Source of the DNA: Ruminococcus sp. UBA3665
Lineage (GTDB): Bacteria > Bacillota > Clostridia > Oscillospirales > Ruminococcaceae
Direction: 5' to 3'
Length of the DNA: 64,000 bases
Assembly (NCBI GenBank): GCA_002373165.1
Contig: DFJS01000067.1
Location: 1,380 to 65,379 of the forward strand
This document shows positions 63,781-64,000 of this stretch, piece after piece. Made by a program: the position numbers and the translations under genes. Each line of letters begins with the position of its first letter. Position 1 is the first letter of the stretch. The notes under the pieces were generated by a model, which did no database searches, was not told the origin of the DNA, and was given only the letters and a program-made list of their open reading frames with translations.

Positions 63781-64000
<220 letters not shown>

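Overview
The window looks like a chromosomal segment of a low-to-mid GC anaerobic Firmicute. Cohesin and dockerin proteins, TTG/GTG starts and GGAGG-type ribosome binding sites (RBS) suggest a Ruminococcus-like member of the Clostridia; this taxonomic placement is inference only. It is mostly core genome. I found no integrase, transposase, CRISPR array, rRNA or recognisable defence genes.

Gene content, in order:
- A secreted dockerin protein.
- recR, ybaB and dnaX, preceded by a small SRP RNA.
- An SCP2 protein with a lysine-rich tail.
- glgA.
- A 10-kb cell-wall polysaccharide locus (9357-19649): Wzm/Wzt ABC exporter, coiled-coil FkbM methyltransferase, two GT4 enzymes, a GT-C enzyme, a GtrB-like GT2 and a UPF0104 protein.
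- A four-subunit 2-oxoacid:ferredoxin oxidoreductase operon with an aminotransferase.
- An Rrf2 regulator and lysC.
- A divergent pair of an XRE regulator and a small ORF.
- An NMT1/SsuA-type ABC transporter.
- darA, holB and ricT.
- Lipoproteins and surface proteins.
- A YaaO-like decarboxylase.
- tRNA-Gln and an orphan mazF.
- A cohesin-Big2-dockerin protein interrupted by one in-frame TAG.
- A MOP-family flippase.
- An operon with an aminotransferase, trpS, mazG, hup and an S4-domain gene.
- An orphan sugar-binding protein, an MBL-fold hydrolase and a Na/Pi cotransporter.
- A paaK-iorA-iorB-ACT cluster.
- ppk1, an AI-2E transporter, and a cysK-like gene followed by a Cys/Met PLP enzyme gene.

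Many near-consensus promoters (TTGACA, 17-nt spacer, often TGnTATAAT) and intrinsic terminators can be read directly and define the operons.

The strongest candidate for something new is a 32-codon leader ORF with five consecutive Cys codons plus an intrinsic terminator, lying between the cysK-like gene and the downstream transsulfuration-type gene. I read it as a candidate cysteine-specific ribosome-mediated attenuator.

Other points worth follow-up:
- The TAG-split scaffoldin-like gene and its uncharacterised paralogous surface module.
- A possible methyl-capping chain-length module in the polysaccharide locus.
- An iorA/iorB pair split by two inserted genes.
- Two promoter-terminator units with no ORF (candidate sRNAs).
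- A possibly frameshift-split sigma-r4-like gene.
- A vicinal-cysteine motif in a lipoprotein substrate-binding protein.

All calls come from reading the sequence and the ORF translations. No database search or RNA folding program was run.
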